A stretch of DNA of 41,034 nt from Candidatus Pacearchaeota archaeon (GCA_035349995.1 DAOPTN010000002.1:1-41034); one strand, 5' to 3'; positions 25,073 to 33,583 are shown, numbered from the stretch's first letter. The notes: generated from the sequence alone by a model not told the origin. Translations and numbers: made by a program.

Positions 25073-26029
25073 CTATTGAGTAAGGCATTGATTAAAATTA
25101 TTCACCTGTAAATTATAACGAGAAATTAAATCTTCCACTTCTTGGGTAAGATTATTAAATTCTATAATCGATTGATTATATTTTTGTATTTTCAAATTGA
25201 TTTTATCGTTTAACTCTTTTAACCTCTGATTAGCAGCCTCAATTTCTTCATTTATTACTAAATCCTTACCTTGATTATACACCATTTCTTGTTCTTTTTT
25301 AAGGCTCTCTATTTCATCTTCTAAAAGATTTATTTCATTTTGAAGATTATCTAATTCTTTTTCTTTCTCCTTAATGCTTTTTTTAAGTTCTTCGTCAGGT
25401 AATGGACATTTTGATAAAGGAGTAGCAAAAATTTGAACTGCTAAAAAAGTTTTTTCACCATCAAAAATGCCTCGATCGGCAGCAATACCAATTTCTTTGA
25501 ATTTTGAATTTAAAATATTTTCTCTATGGCCCTGACTTGCCATCCAAGCATCAACTAAATCTTTTTCATCTTTAAAATTTCCAAGAGCAAGATTTTCACC
25601 TACCATTAAATATTTATAAGAAAGCCCCTCAACAATATCAGCTGCGCCTATGCCTTCTGGTGAAATATGCTCAAAATATTGTTTTTCAAACATATCTTTT
25701 ATTTTTTGCTGAGCAGCTTGATTTAAAATTTCATTTTCTGTAAGTTCTTGAACATTGTTATTTATTCTGTAAAAATTAGTCCAGAATAAAATTTTTTCTT
25801 TTTCTAGTGCATCAATTTCATTTTGTTTTTCTGATAAAATTAAAGGGGTAGGTAAAATAACCTCTCTTATTGTTAATAACGGATTTTCTATTTTATCTTG
25901 ATTCACATCTTGATTGTTGTTTTGCTGTTCTGTCTGGTTTCTATTTTCAAAATCAAAGACAAAAATAATTAAAATTGCAATCAAAATAAAAAAAATACTC
26001 CATTTAATCTTTTTTGATTTATTTTGCAT
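25073..26029 (-). CDS. Membrane-anchored CAP/SCP (YkwD-like) domain protein with C-terminal coiled coil
   Basis: N-terminal TM helix, CAP-type block AWMASQGHRENILNSKFKEIGIA, then a heptad-rich EKELDNLQNEINLLEDEIESLKKE tail. ATG at 26029 preferred over the TTG at 26044. Confidence 0.75.
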   Translation of the reverse strand: MQNKSKKIKWSIFFILIAILIIFVFDFENRNQTEQQNNNQDVNQDKIENPLLTIREVILPTPLILSEKQNEIDALEKEKILFWTNFYRINNNVQELTENEILNQAAQQKIKDMFEKQYFEHISPEGIGAADIVEGLSYKYLMVGENLALGNFKDEKDLVDAWMASQGHRENILNSKFKEIGIAADRGIFDGEKTFLAVQIFATPLSKCPLPDEELKKSIKEKEKELDNLQNEINLLEDEIESLKKEQEMVYNQGKDLVINEEIEAANQRLKELNDKINLKIQKYNQSIIEFNNLTQEVEDLISRYNLQVNNFNQCLTQ

Positions 26030-26033
26030 AAAG

Positions 26034-28511
26034 CTAAAAAACAATTTCTTTTTTTATCTTTTTTACTTCAAAATTAGCAGGATCAATGGTAATTTTGTCC
26101 CCTTCTTTAATTTCACCAGCAAGGATTGCTTTGGCAATATTATTTTCTAATTTATTTTGGACTACACGTTTCATTTCTCTTGCTCCAAACTCAGGGTTAT
26201 ATCCTATCTCAGCAATTTTTACAACCAATTCTGAATCAAAAGAAAATTCAATATTTTTTTCTAGAAGACCATTTTGAATATCTTTTATCATTAGTGCAGC
26301 AATTTTCTGAAAATGTTCTTTGGAAAGGGGCTTATAAAGAACAACAGCATCAAATCTATTTAAAAATTCTGGTTTAAAAATTCCTCCCATTAAAATTTCA
26401 TTAATAAATTCTTCTTTGTATTCCATTAGGTCCCTACCTTTTAAAACCGCTTGTCGAATTAACTCGGCTCCGGCATTAGAAGTTGCAATAATAATGGTAT
26501 TTTTAAAATCTACTGTTTTACCTGCACCATCAGTTAAGAATCCTTCATCTAAAACCTGTAAAAATAAATTTAAAATACTAGGATGTGATTTTTCTATTTC
26601 ATCAAGCAACACCAATGAAAATGGATCTTCTCTTATTTGCGTGGTAAAGTATCCTGGCTCACGAGCAGTACCAATTAAACGACTAATAGAGCCTAATGTT
26701 TGATATTCTGACATATCAAGTCTTATTATTCTTTTCTCTGATCCAAAATAGATACGTGCAAGACACTTTGCTGTTTCAGTTTTTCCTACACCAGTGGGGC
26801 CAAGAAATAAAAAATTTCCAATAGGTTTTTTTCTTTCTTGAATACCTGCTCGCGCTCTTCTAAGGGCATTTGCAATTTCTGAAACTGCTTCTTCCTGATT
26901 GACCAACCGCTGATGAATAAGATTCTCCAGGTTTAAAAGAATTTCCTTTTCTTGTTGAGCCACCTTGCCTACTGGAATTTCTGTCTTCTCTGAAATAAAC
27001 GCCTCTACCACCTCTGGCTGAATTTTTCTGGTTCTGGCAATTCTTAAAGCATAGATTATTAATTCTTCCAAGAGATCAATTGCTTTTTTAGGAAAAGGTA
27101 TTGTTTGAATATATTTATCAGATAATTCAACAATCTCTTTTATTGAGCGAAATGGAAAAAATACCTGTGCTCTTTTTTCAATTTTTAAAATTTCATCTTC
27201 AACAATTCTTAAAGTTTCTTCTTTAGACGGAGGGTTTACTTCAATTTTTTCAAACTGGCCTTGAAGTTCAGGTACCTTTTCAATAGCACGATGAAACCCC
27301 TCATAAGTAGTAATTCCTATTAACCTAAATCCAGGTATAGAAAGATACTGATTTAAAACAGAAGAAATATCAATTTTTCCTATACTTTCTGCCCCAAACT
27401 CAAAACCAATAAAATTATGAATTTGACGAATAACCAAGATTACATTTCCAGCTTGAATTGCTTCGTTAAATATTATCCTTAAAAATCGTTCTATATCACC
27501 CATCTCTCTTCCCGCAGAAAGCACAGAAGCCATATCAATTTCTACCACTCGTTGATAATTTAGAGAAGGCAAACTCTTGCCTTGATTAATTTTTCTGGCA
27601 AAGTTTTTTATTATTTCCTTGCGCCCCACACCAACCTCTCCTACCAGCAAAGCACAACTTTTTTCTGATTTTATTAAAGCATTTTCTAATTTTTCAAGTT
27701 CCTTTTTGTGAAGGAAAAACGAAGGTAAAAGATTGGGCTTTTCCATTTTTGTAATGTCAATTGAAAAATTGTCTAAGGTAATAGTATATCCAGCAGCCCA
27801 ATCCTGAAAAAGAGCGCTGTGTTTTAAAAGATTTTCCATTTCCCAAAATCTTTTCTCTTTCATTTCCTTTTCTAAAATACTTTCCTGCCATCGACAAACT
27901 TCTTTTACATCTTTTCGAGAAAGTTGAAGAGGGTCAAGAAACTTTTTAAATAGCGGCTCTGTCTCAACTAACGCTCCGAATAGATCAAAAATGGTAATTT
28001 TTCGCCATGTTTCTTTTAGTATCACACTTAATGTTTCTTCAATTTCCTCAGTGTCTTTTTTAGTGCCCTTTAATCTTTTTTTTAACTCTTTTTGCATTTC
28101 TTTTTGGTCTAGTCCCAATCGTTCAAATACAAATGATAATTTTTTTAATGATGCCAAATAAAAAAGCAAAAGCATTGTAAAATCCCCCTTTTTTGTCAAA
28201 GCAAAATTAACAGCCTCAGCTGATTCAAAGTCCAAGAATTCAGCTAGGTTCTCTGGGTTTTTTATTTCCGGGTTTTTTAATTTTTGATTAAAAAAACAAC
28301 GGTAGAGAAAAAACACTCCCCATAGAAGAAAAGACCAATAAGCAATAAGCAATGATAAATGATAATCAAAAATTGAATAAACCTGAATGCTGATTAAAGA
28401 GACAACAAATAAAAGGAAAAAAAATATTTCAAAAAACCTTACAATTCCCAGAGGAAAAACTCTTGATAAGTTTATTGTTTTAAAAATAGGAGCTGATGAG
28501 GGATCAAACAT
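26034..28511 (-). CDS. Membrane-anchored Clp/Hsp100-type AAA+ protein with a degenerate first ATPase module
   Basis: N-terminal hydrophobic helices. D1 aligns to ClpA/B/C, but Walker A is GEVGVGRK and Walker B is ILVIRQIH. D2 is canonical (GPTGVGKT, LLDEIEK, ATSNAG). Confidence 0.85.
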   Translation of the reverse strand: MFDPSSAPIFKTINLSRVFPLGIVRFFEIFFFLLFVVSLISIQVYSIFDYHLSLLIAYWSFLLWGVFFLYRCFFNQKLKNPEIKNPENLAEFLDFESAEAVNFALTKKGDFTMLLLFYLASLKKLSFVFERLGLDQKEMQKELKKRLKGTKKDTEEIEETLSVILKETWRKITIFDLFGALVETEPLFKKFLDPLQLSRKDVKEVCRWQESILEKEMKEKRFWEMENLLKHSALFQDWAAGYTITLDNFSIDITKMEKPNLLPSFFLHKKELEKLENALIKSEKSCALLVGEVGVGRKEIIKNFARKINQGKSLPSLNYQRVVEIDMASVLSAGREMGDIERFLRIIFNEAIQAGNVILVIRQIHNFIGFEFGAESIGKIDISSVLNQYLSIPGFRLIGITTYEGFHRAIEKVPELQGQFEKIEVNPPSKEETLRIVEDEILKIEKRAQVFFPFRSIKEIVELSDKYIQTIPFPKKAIDLLEELIIYALRIARTRKIQPEVVEAFISEKTEIPVGKVAQQEKEILLNLENLIHQRLVNQEEAVSEIANALRRARAGIQERKKPIGNFLFLGPTGVGKTETAKCLARIYFGSEKRIIRLDMSEYQTLGSISRLIGTAREPGYFTTQIREDPFSLVLLDEIEKSHPSILNLFLQVLDEGFLTDGAGKTVDFKNTIIIATSNAGAELIRQAVLKGRDLMEYKEEFINEILMGGIFKPEFLNRFDAVVLYKPLSKEHFQKIAALMIKDIQNGLLEKNIEFSFDSELVVKIAEIGYNPEFGAREMKRVVQNKLENNIAKAILAGEIKEGDKITIDPANFEVKKIKKEIVF

Positions 28512-28546
28512 ATTTTTATGAATATATTTTTTACTTTCAACTTTTA

Positions 28547-28936
28547 TTATAATTTTACAATATTATTAATTCCCTGTGCCAAACAAAAAATTAAAAGGAA
28601 CGGAAAAATTAACCATAAAACAAAACAAACTATACCTGCTACAAAAGCAAATAACTCGCTAATTATACCAATAACAATTGCAAACGATCTTAATATCATT
28701 CCAATAACTCTTGAAAAAGTATTAAAAATAAAATTACCAAACCATTCTTCCAAATCAATTCCCTTTGTTTTTTTTTCAAAATAAATTCTTTTCCAGGGGG
28801 AAAAGAATGATTTTATCAATTCTGTAATTGAAAAATAGTTTTTAAAAAACCAAAGATAATTTGACCAAATACGATAAATCTTTTTGGGAATTTCAACAAA
28901 ATACCAATGAAAAAAAAGAGAAATATTTTGCATCAT
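28547..28936 (-). CDS. Hypothetical small membrane protein
   Basis: 129-aa ORF with a hydrophobic C-terminal half, 35 nt upstream of the Clp-like gene on the same strand. Confidence 0.6.
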   Translation of the reverse strand: MMQNISLFFHWYFVEIPKKIYRIWSNYLWFFKNYFSITELIKSFFSPWKRIYFEKKTKGIDLEEWFGNFIFNTFSRVIGMILRSFAIVIGIISELFAFVAGIVCFVLWLIFPFLLIFCLAQGINNIVKL

Positions 28937-29025
28937 AGTATTTTAATAATCTCGTATCTTATTACCTTAAGAATATCAAATCCTGATTATAATGTAAAGG
29001 AATTTTTAAATGCTATTTTAAATTT

Positions 29026-29054
29026 TTGACAAAATAAACAAATTATTATACTAT
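29026..29054 (+). promoter_or_regulatory. Sigma-70-type promoter (TTGACA-17-TACTAT)
   Basis: ttgaca at 29026-29031, a 17-nt spacer, tactat at 29049-29054. Confidence 0.55.
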
Positions 29055-29090
29055 ATTAATGATTAATGATTTTTAAAAAACAAAGGAGGA

Positions 29091-29186
29091 ACGTTTTGGA
29101 GTAGCCCTTTTGTTTGCTTTTTTAGCAAACAGTAGGGCTACCCTAAGGCGTTGACGTTGTTCGGGCCAAAAAAGGAGCCAAAACGT
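29091..29186 (+). promoter_or_regulatory. Structured 5' leader RNA (riboswitch-like), closed by a 9-bp helix
   Basis: P1 is acgttttgg (29091-29099) pairing with ccaaaacgt (29178-29186). Nested hairpin gtagccc/gggctac (29101-07/29135-41) with inner tgtttgc/gcaaaca (29111-17/29125-31). A perfect SD aaaggaggtg (29187-96) follows immediately. Confidence 0.5.
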
Positions 29187-29200
29187 AAAGGAGGTGAAAA

Positions 29201-29365
29201 ATTATAGACATCACAAAAGCAGCAATATTAATTCTTTTAATTTCTATCTTTCCTTTTTTAGTTTTATCCTTCTTTTTTAAAATAGAACCAAAAAAGAAAA
29301 GAAAATTTAAAAGATTTTTAATTATTTTTTTTATTATTTTAATTGCTGTCCTGGTGTATTTTTAA
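29201..29365 (+). CDS. Candidate small two-TM protein (54 aa) with a non-AUG (ATT/ATA) start
   Basis: The frame is open from 29198 to the TAA at 29363. A perfect 10-nt SD ends 4 nt before the ATT (6 nt from the GGAGG core). Translation IIDITKAAILILLISIFPFLVLSFFFKIEPKKKRKFKRFLIIFFIILIAVLVYF. A 55-codon open frame is unlikely by chance in AT-rich DNA. No canonical start, so it is absent from the ORF track. Confidence 0.4.
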   Translation: MIDITKAAILILLISIFPFLVLSFFFKIEPKKKRKFKRFLIIFFIILIAVLVYF

Positions 29366-29383
29366 GGTGTATTTTTAAATAAA

Positions 29384-29417
29384 AAGGGTAATAGATTATA
29401 TTACCCTTATTTTTTTT
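29384..29417. terminator. Bidirectional rho-independent terminator shared by the convergent units
   Basis: aagggtaat-agattat-attaccctt with T tracts on both strands. Confidence 0.7.
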
Positions 29418-30237
29418 ATAATAGATCCTCCTTAATCAAAAAAACTGCTGATGGTTTAAAAAAATTCCTAATTTTTTTATTTTCTATATCTTTGCCGTTT
29501 ATAAAAAGACGGTGATTTGTTTCTTTTGCCAGCAAATAAAAAGCGAGCCAATTCTTTATTCCTTTTCTATGATAAATATAACCGTCAATCTTTCCTTCTA
29601 TTGTGTTGATCATATCAACAATTATTGGATCCTCACTTTTAACAAATCCTTCCTGATTTAAAAGTAACTGTACTTCTTTACATCTTTTTTTGTCTATCTT
29701 TTTTTCCCGGTGCTTTCTTTGTCCCAGGTGATTGCTAGCACCTATTTTAATAATGGGGTTATTTCCATTATTAAGGTCCTTTTTTTCCAAGGGTAGATAG
29801 GGTAGATATTTTTTTTCATTGCTGTAATATATTTTTTTATAATAGGCGCCGTGATCACTGGATGAAAAATACATTTCTCCTGTTTTAATATTTCCTAAAA
29901 CACTGTATTTAACTTCTTTAGGATAAAATCCTTTTGTTTCCAAAATAACTTCTTTTGGAACAATACTAAATGAAAAAAACGGTTCGTTAATTGGCTCTAA
30001 AAAAACAGTCCAAAGCGGCTCAGTTGTAATTTTTATACCGCCATAGCAAGTATAAACTTTTGCTGGCATACTTGTTTCCCTGTACCAGGAAATTATACTA
30101 CTTTCTATCTTATGACGAAGATGGTTTCTGTTAATATATTTTTTTTCTTCGTCAAGATAAATTCTTCTTGCCTTTTTAAAAAGATCCTCTACGATTCCTT
30201 TTTCAATTAGTTCTTCAAGGTTCACCTCTGCTATCAT
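29416..30237 (-). CDS. Orphan hypothetical protein, 273 aa, Lys-rich, no recognisable motif
   Basis: Long ORF. ATG at 30237 is preceded by aaggaaaggagga tttagc, a good SD at 6-nt spacing. The track's GTG start at 30291 lies inside the leader. Confidence 0.75.
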   Translation of the reverse strand: MIAEVNLEELIEKGIVEDLFKKARRIYLDEEKKYINRNHLRHKIESSIISWYRETSMPAKVYTCYGGIKITTEPLWTVFLEPINEPFFSFSIVPKEVILETKGFYPKEVKYSVLGNIKTGEMYFSSSDHGAYYKKIYYSNEKKYLPYLPLEKKDLNNGNNPIIKIGASNHLGQRKHREKKIDKKRCKEVQLLLNQEGFVKSEDPIIVDMINTIEGKIDGYIYHRKGIKNWLAFYLLAKETNHRLFINGKDIENKKIRNFFKPSAVFLIKEDLL

Positions 30238-30394
30238 GCTAAATCCTCCTTTCCTTCTTTTTTTCTCCTGTTGCCTTACAAAGCCAGACACGGCTTCAAT
30301 TTCTCTTCTTTCTGTCTTTCAATCGCTGTTTCAGGTCTCAACCCCAAACCTGAATTGTTAAAGTACACCTCCTTTAATTAATTTTTTGGGTTGA
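30238..30394 (-). promoter_or_regulatory. Long structured 5' leader of the orphan CDS
   Basis: Contains an orphan perfect SD aaaggaggtg (30375-30366) with no start codon at proper spacing. Hairpin caggt...acctg at 30332-30352 and hairpin aagcc-agacac-ggctt at 30281-30296. The 5' end caacccaaa can alternatively pair with tttggggttg. Confidence 0.45.
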
Positions 30395-30400
30395 TTAATA

Positions 30401-30429
30401 TTAATAGCAATAAATAAAAAATTTGTCAA
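30401..30429 (-). promoter_or_regulatory. Sigma-70-type promoter (TTGACA-17-TATTAA)
   Basis: On the minus strand, ttgaca at 30429-30424, a 17-nt spacer, tattaa at 30406-30401. Confidence 0.55.
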
Positions 30430-31032
30430 TTAAAGATTTAATAAAAACAAAACACCACCGCTAATTAAGGGAATAAATACATTATCATCAAAAATTAATC
30501 TAATAAGATTATTTGGCAGTTTCCCAAAATCAACAATGCTTTCAAAGAATATCGCTGTTAATGCCGCTAAAAATCCTTTCCACAGAGGAAAGAATAAAGC
30601 AATTAAAAATGCCGAGCAAAGAGCGCCTATTATAGCGCTGTCTAAGTGTTTCTTGGGAGACCAGGGGGCTTTGATTCTTCCAAAATATATTCCGTAAAGA
30701 CAGGCAATCGAATCACCTAAAAATAAAGTAATAATTGCTGAGATAGCTATAAACTTTGGAAAAATAATATAACTTAAGATAGAACCAAAAAGAAAAGTAA
30801 GCGCTCCTCGTAAAGGAAAATGGTCAATTTCCTCTTTTCTTTCAAAAGCAAGAATAAACGATGAAATATAAGGAAGTTGATATTTTTTAAAAATAAAAGA
30901 AAAAATAATTCCTAAAAATAAAATCCCTCCCCAAAAAGGAAGGGAAAATAAATCAAAATAAATCAAAATGGAAAATAAAATTCCCAATACAATATGAATA
31001 AATTTTCGGCGAACTTCAAAAGGAAAATTCAT
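30430..31032 (-). CDS. Polyprenol/dolichol kinase or phosphatidate cytidylyltransferase family membrane protein
   Basis: Polytopic. EVRRKFIHIVLG near the N-terminus and GDSIACLYGIYFGRIK match CTP-dependent polyprenol kinase / CDS family motifs. ATG at 31032. Confidence 0.65.
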   Translation of the reverse strand: MNFPFEVRRKFIHIVLGILFSILIYFDLFSLPFWGGILFLGIIFSFIFKKYQLPYISSFILAFERKEEIDHFPLRGALTFLFGSILSYIIFPKFIAISAIITLFLGDSIACLYGIYFGRIKAPWSPKKHLDSAIIGALCSAFLIALFFPLWKGFLAALTAIFFESIVDFGKLPNNLIRLIFDDNVFIPLISGGVLFLLNL

Positions 31033-31037
31033 CTTAT

Positions 31038-31841
31038 CTATTCCTGCTCTGTTTTTACCTGACACACATCGCTGGGTTGATCTTCAGTAAGATCACATAT
31101 CAAATCAGTAAGGGCTTGAGATTCTACTTCTTTAGTATCGTTTTCTCCTGATCCTACTCTATAATACTTACAACCCAAGACAATGGTAGGAACTCCACCA
31201 GTGCTATATTTATCAAAAATTTCTTGATCATCACTTGAATCAATATTTTCGTGAAAAACAATTTTGTCCCCAAATTTTGAAACTACTTCTTTTAATACAG
31301 GTTCTTCCCATTGACAATGAGGGCAACTGTTTGAGCCAAAAAAGTATACTATAGGCTTTCCATCCTCTGTACATATTTCGTCTTCTGTCTCAATAAAATC
31401 ACCAACCACAGTTGTTTCGTCTGACTGATCTTCGTTTTCAGCAGTCACCTCTTCCATATTTATTCCTTGTAAAAACAACATTTTTCCATCACCAGAAACA
31501 TATGAATCAAATTCTTGATCTTCAACTTTAAACTTTACCTCATAAAGACCGTTATTAAGGTATCGACTTTCAACCAGTGAAGCTGTATAACCCTCTGCTA
31601 ACATATTTTGGTTAATAAATTCCAATGTTTTTTGAGCGATTTGGTCTGAACTTTTTAATGTTTTTTGAGCGATTTGGTCTGAACTTTTTAATAAATTTTT
31701 TATTCCAAAACCATCGGTAAATATTGATCCGATTATAAGCATAAATAAAACAATACTTGTGATCATCCAAGGATCAATATGATTTTTTTTCTGCTTTTTA
31801 TTTTCTTCTTGTTTTATGTTCTCTTCTTGTGTTTTTTCCAT
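31038..31841 (-). CDS. Membrane-anchored thioredoxin-fold thiol:disulfide oxidoreductase (CPHC active site)
   Basis: TM helix, then FFGSNSCPHCQWEEP and GGVPTIVLG (cis-Pro loop). ATG at 31841 is preceded by aaggaag at 8 nt. Confidence 0.75.
   Translation of the reverse strand: MEKTQEENIKQEENKKQKKNHIDPWMITSIVLFMLIIGSIFTDGFGIKNLLKSSDQIAQKTLKSSDQIAQKTLEFINQNMLAEGYTASLVESRYLNNGLYEVKFKVEDQEFDSYVSGDGKMLFLQGINMEEVTAENEDQSDETTVVGDFIETEDEICTEDGKPIVYFFGSNSCPHCQWEEPVLKEVVSKFGDKIVFHENIDSSDDQEIFDKYSTGGVPTIVLGCKYYRVGSGENDTKEVESQALTDLICDLTEDQPSDVCQVKTEQE
31624..31689. repeat. Perfect 33-bp tandem duplication inside the thioredoxin-fold gene
   Basis: aatgttttttgagcgatttggtctgaacttttt occurs twice. Encodes LKSSDQIAQKT twice, in frame. 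Confidence 0.9.
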
Positions 31842-31904
31842 AAATTTATCTTCCTTGACAAACGTCAATTAGAAGTTCTTACTTTTTAAATTCAATTATT
31901 ATAT

Positions 31905-32264
31905 TTATTTTTTTTGTTTGGTTGGAGTTTTTATTTTTTTAACAATTTCTGGCCATCTGTCTCTTATCTCTTCAACAATCTCTTTTAAGTCTTCATCTTT
32001 TACCTTTTTTGCTCTTCTGTAAATATCAGACACTTCATCTACTGCTTGATTGTACTTTTCTTTTGTAACTTCGCCCATCTTTTCTAATCTTTTTGCCACT
32101 TCTTTTGCAAACTTATTTTTTTCGAGTCGGTTTTTCAGTTCTTTTCTTGTCTCTTCACCTTTTTTGGGAGCAACCAAAATACCCGCTATCATTCCAGCAA
32201 TAGCTCCAGCCAATAATCCTGCTGCTACTTTTTTTCCTGCGCCTTGTTTTGTTTCTTTTGCCAT
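31905..32264 (-). CDS. YtxH domain-containing protein
   Basis: GLLAGAIAGMIAGILVAPKKGEETRKELK is the YtxH signature. Helical, charged tail. Confidence 0.8.
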   Translation of the reverse strand: MAKETKQGAGKKVAAGLLAGAIAGMIAGILVAPKKGEETRKELKNRLEKNKFAKEVAKRLEKMGEVTKEKYNQAVDEVSDIYRRAKKVKDEDLKEIVEEIRDRWPEIVKKIKTPTKQKK

Positions 32265-32306
32265 AGTTTTTTTAAACCTAAAAATCAAATATGATTTTAG
32301 GTTTGC

Positions 32307-32570
32307 TTATAAATTTTTTTGACCTTTTTTATTTTTCTTTTTTGATTGTGATTCTAATATTTTTTTAATCAATACTGCCATACCTGCTGCAATACCTGAA
32401 AAACTTGTTATTTTTTCTTTCAATTCTTCGCTCGTCTCTTTTAAATTTGAACTAATTTTTTGAAAATTTCTCAATGTCCTTATCCAATAAAACAACACTA
32501 GACACATAAAAATAATTGCTATTCCTAGAAAAACAGAAGCCAAAATGTAAAATACTGTTTCTTCTATCAT
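32307..32570 (-). CDS. Small membrane protein, DUF948-like
   Basis: Single N-terminal TM helix plus a coiled helical tail. Adjacent to the YtxH gene, as in Firmicutes ytx loci. Confidence 0.5.
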   Translation of the reverse strand: MIEETVFYILASVFLGIAIIFMCLVLFYWIRTLRNFQKISSNLKETSEELKEKITSFSGIAAGMAVLIKKILESQSKKKNKKGQKNL

Positions 32571-32632
32571 AATTTATTTTCTAATAATAAATTTAGCAAA
32601 AATATTTTTAAAAGTCAATAGATCCCGGAGAC

Positions 32633-33583
32633 CTAGAATTTTTGACGAGAAATTCTTATCAATCCAGAACAAGGAACAATTTCTATTCTTTCTTTTTCTA
32701 ATTCATCTAAAAATAAATTTACTCCCAAACTATCACTGCTCATATGACCAGCAATTACAATATTAAGATGCGATGCTTCTGCCTCTTTGCGCGATTCTTC
32801 ACTTATGTGCATACCAACAATAGTACCAATTCCTGCCTGAGCCATCTTCTCATAAATTTTTGAAGTAGGTTCCGTGCCACCAGTAATTTCTGTAATGGCA
32901 ATCTTTCCACATCTGCGGTCAGGGCTTCCAGCAAAAATTCTTGGTCCCAGACCCAATTTTATTGCTTCTTTATACTCGGGAATTTTCTTCAAAAAATTCA
33001 TCAGTTCTTCTACTGTTTCAAACTTATTTTTTTCAATCTGCTCTTTTAAAAATTGAGCTGCCAAATTATCACAAGCAGTATGCAAGCACATTAAATTAAA
33101 TCCTAAAATCCTCGCAGCATCTACTGTACGCTGATTATTTAATCCATTAAGCCCTCGTGAAACCTCTTCTATTCTTTCCTTCATTAATCCTTCTGCAATG
33201 TTGATCGGTACACCATAAGTATTTAAAACATCACATTGCAATTCCATTACATCAGACAAGCTACTTAATGCTTTTCCTAAAGGATGATGGCCGATAATTA
33301 AATCTATATTGCCAATTTCCTTTGCCAATAGAATTTCAGCCACTTCAATATCAATACCAACCAGGATTTTTTTAATTTCTTTATCATTGGCAATATGTAA
33401 AATCCGAGAATCCAAAAAAGGGTTTTCTAGAGCTTCCTTATCAAAATCTTTTTTAATCTTTTCTGGAAGATCATTGTATTTTTCCTGTTTTCGTTTCAAA
33501 AATCGTTCCACGCCATCTTTCCCTCTGAAATCTGCTTCAATCCCCATTTTTATGCCCAAATTATGAATTTCTTTTATTGTCAT
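32633..33583 (-). CDS. NIF3 family (dinuclear metal centre) protein
   Basis: DLIIGHHPLG and IAGHMSSDSLG blocks match the NIF3 metal-binding motifs. Confidence 0.65.
   Translation of the reverse strand: MTIKEIHNLGIKMGIEADFRGKDGVERFLKRKQEKYNDLPEKIKKDFDKEALENPFLDSRILHIANDKEIKKILVGIDIEVAEILLAKEIGNIDLIIGHHPLGKALSSLSDVMELQCDVLNTYGVPINIAEGLMKERIEEVSRGLNGLNNQRTVDAARILGFNLMCLHTACDNLAAQFLKEQIEKNKFETVEELMNFLKKIPEYKEAIKLGLGPRIFAGSPDRRCGKIAITEITGGTEPTSKIYEKMAQAGIGTIVGMHISEESRKEAEASHLNIVIAGHMSSDSLGVNLFLDELEKERIEIVPCSGLIRISRQKF

Noticed and set aside
29055-29078. Shared 15-mer gattaatgattttta also found at 33595-33609
   Set aside because: A single AT-only match of this length is expected by chance several times in 41 kb of roughly 70% AT sequence searched on both strands. 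Its orientation relative to the neighbouring genes also differs.
29201-30237. Type I toxin-antitoxin interpretation of the small hydrophobic ORF convergent with the orphan CDS
   Set aside because: The two transcripts share only a terminator hairpin. There is no extended antisense overlap with the small ORF's ribosome-binding site or coding region, so nothing specifically supports a TA pair.
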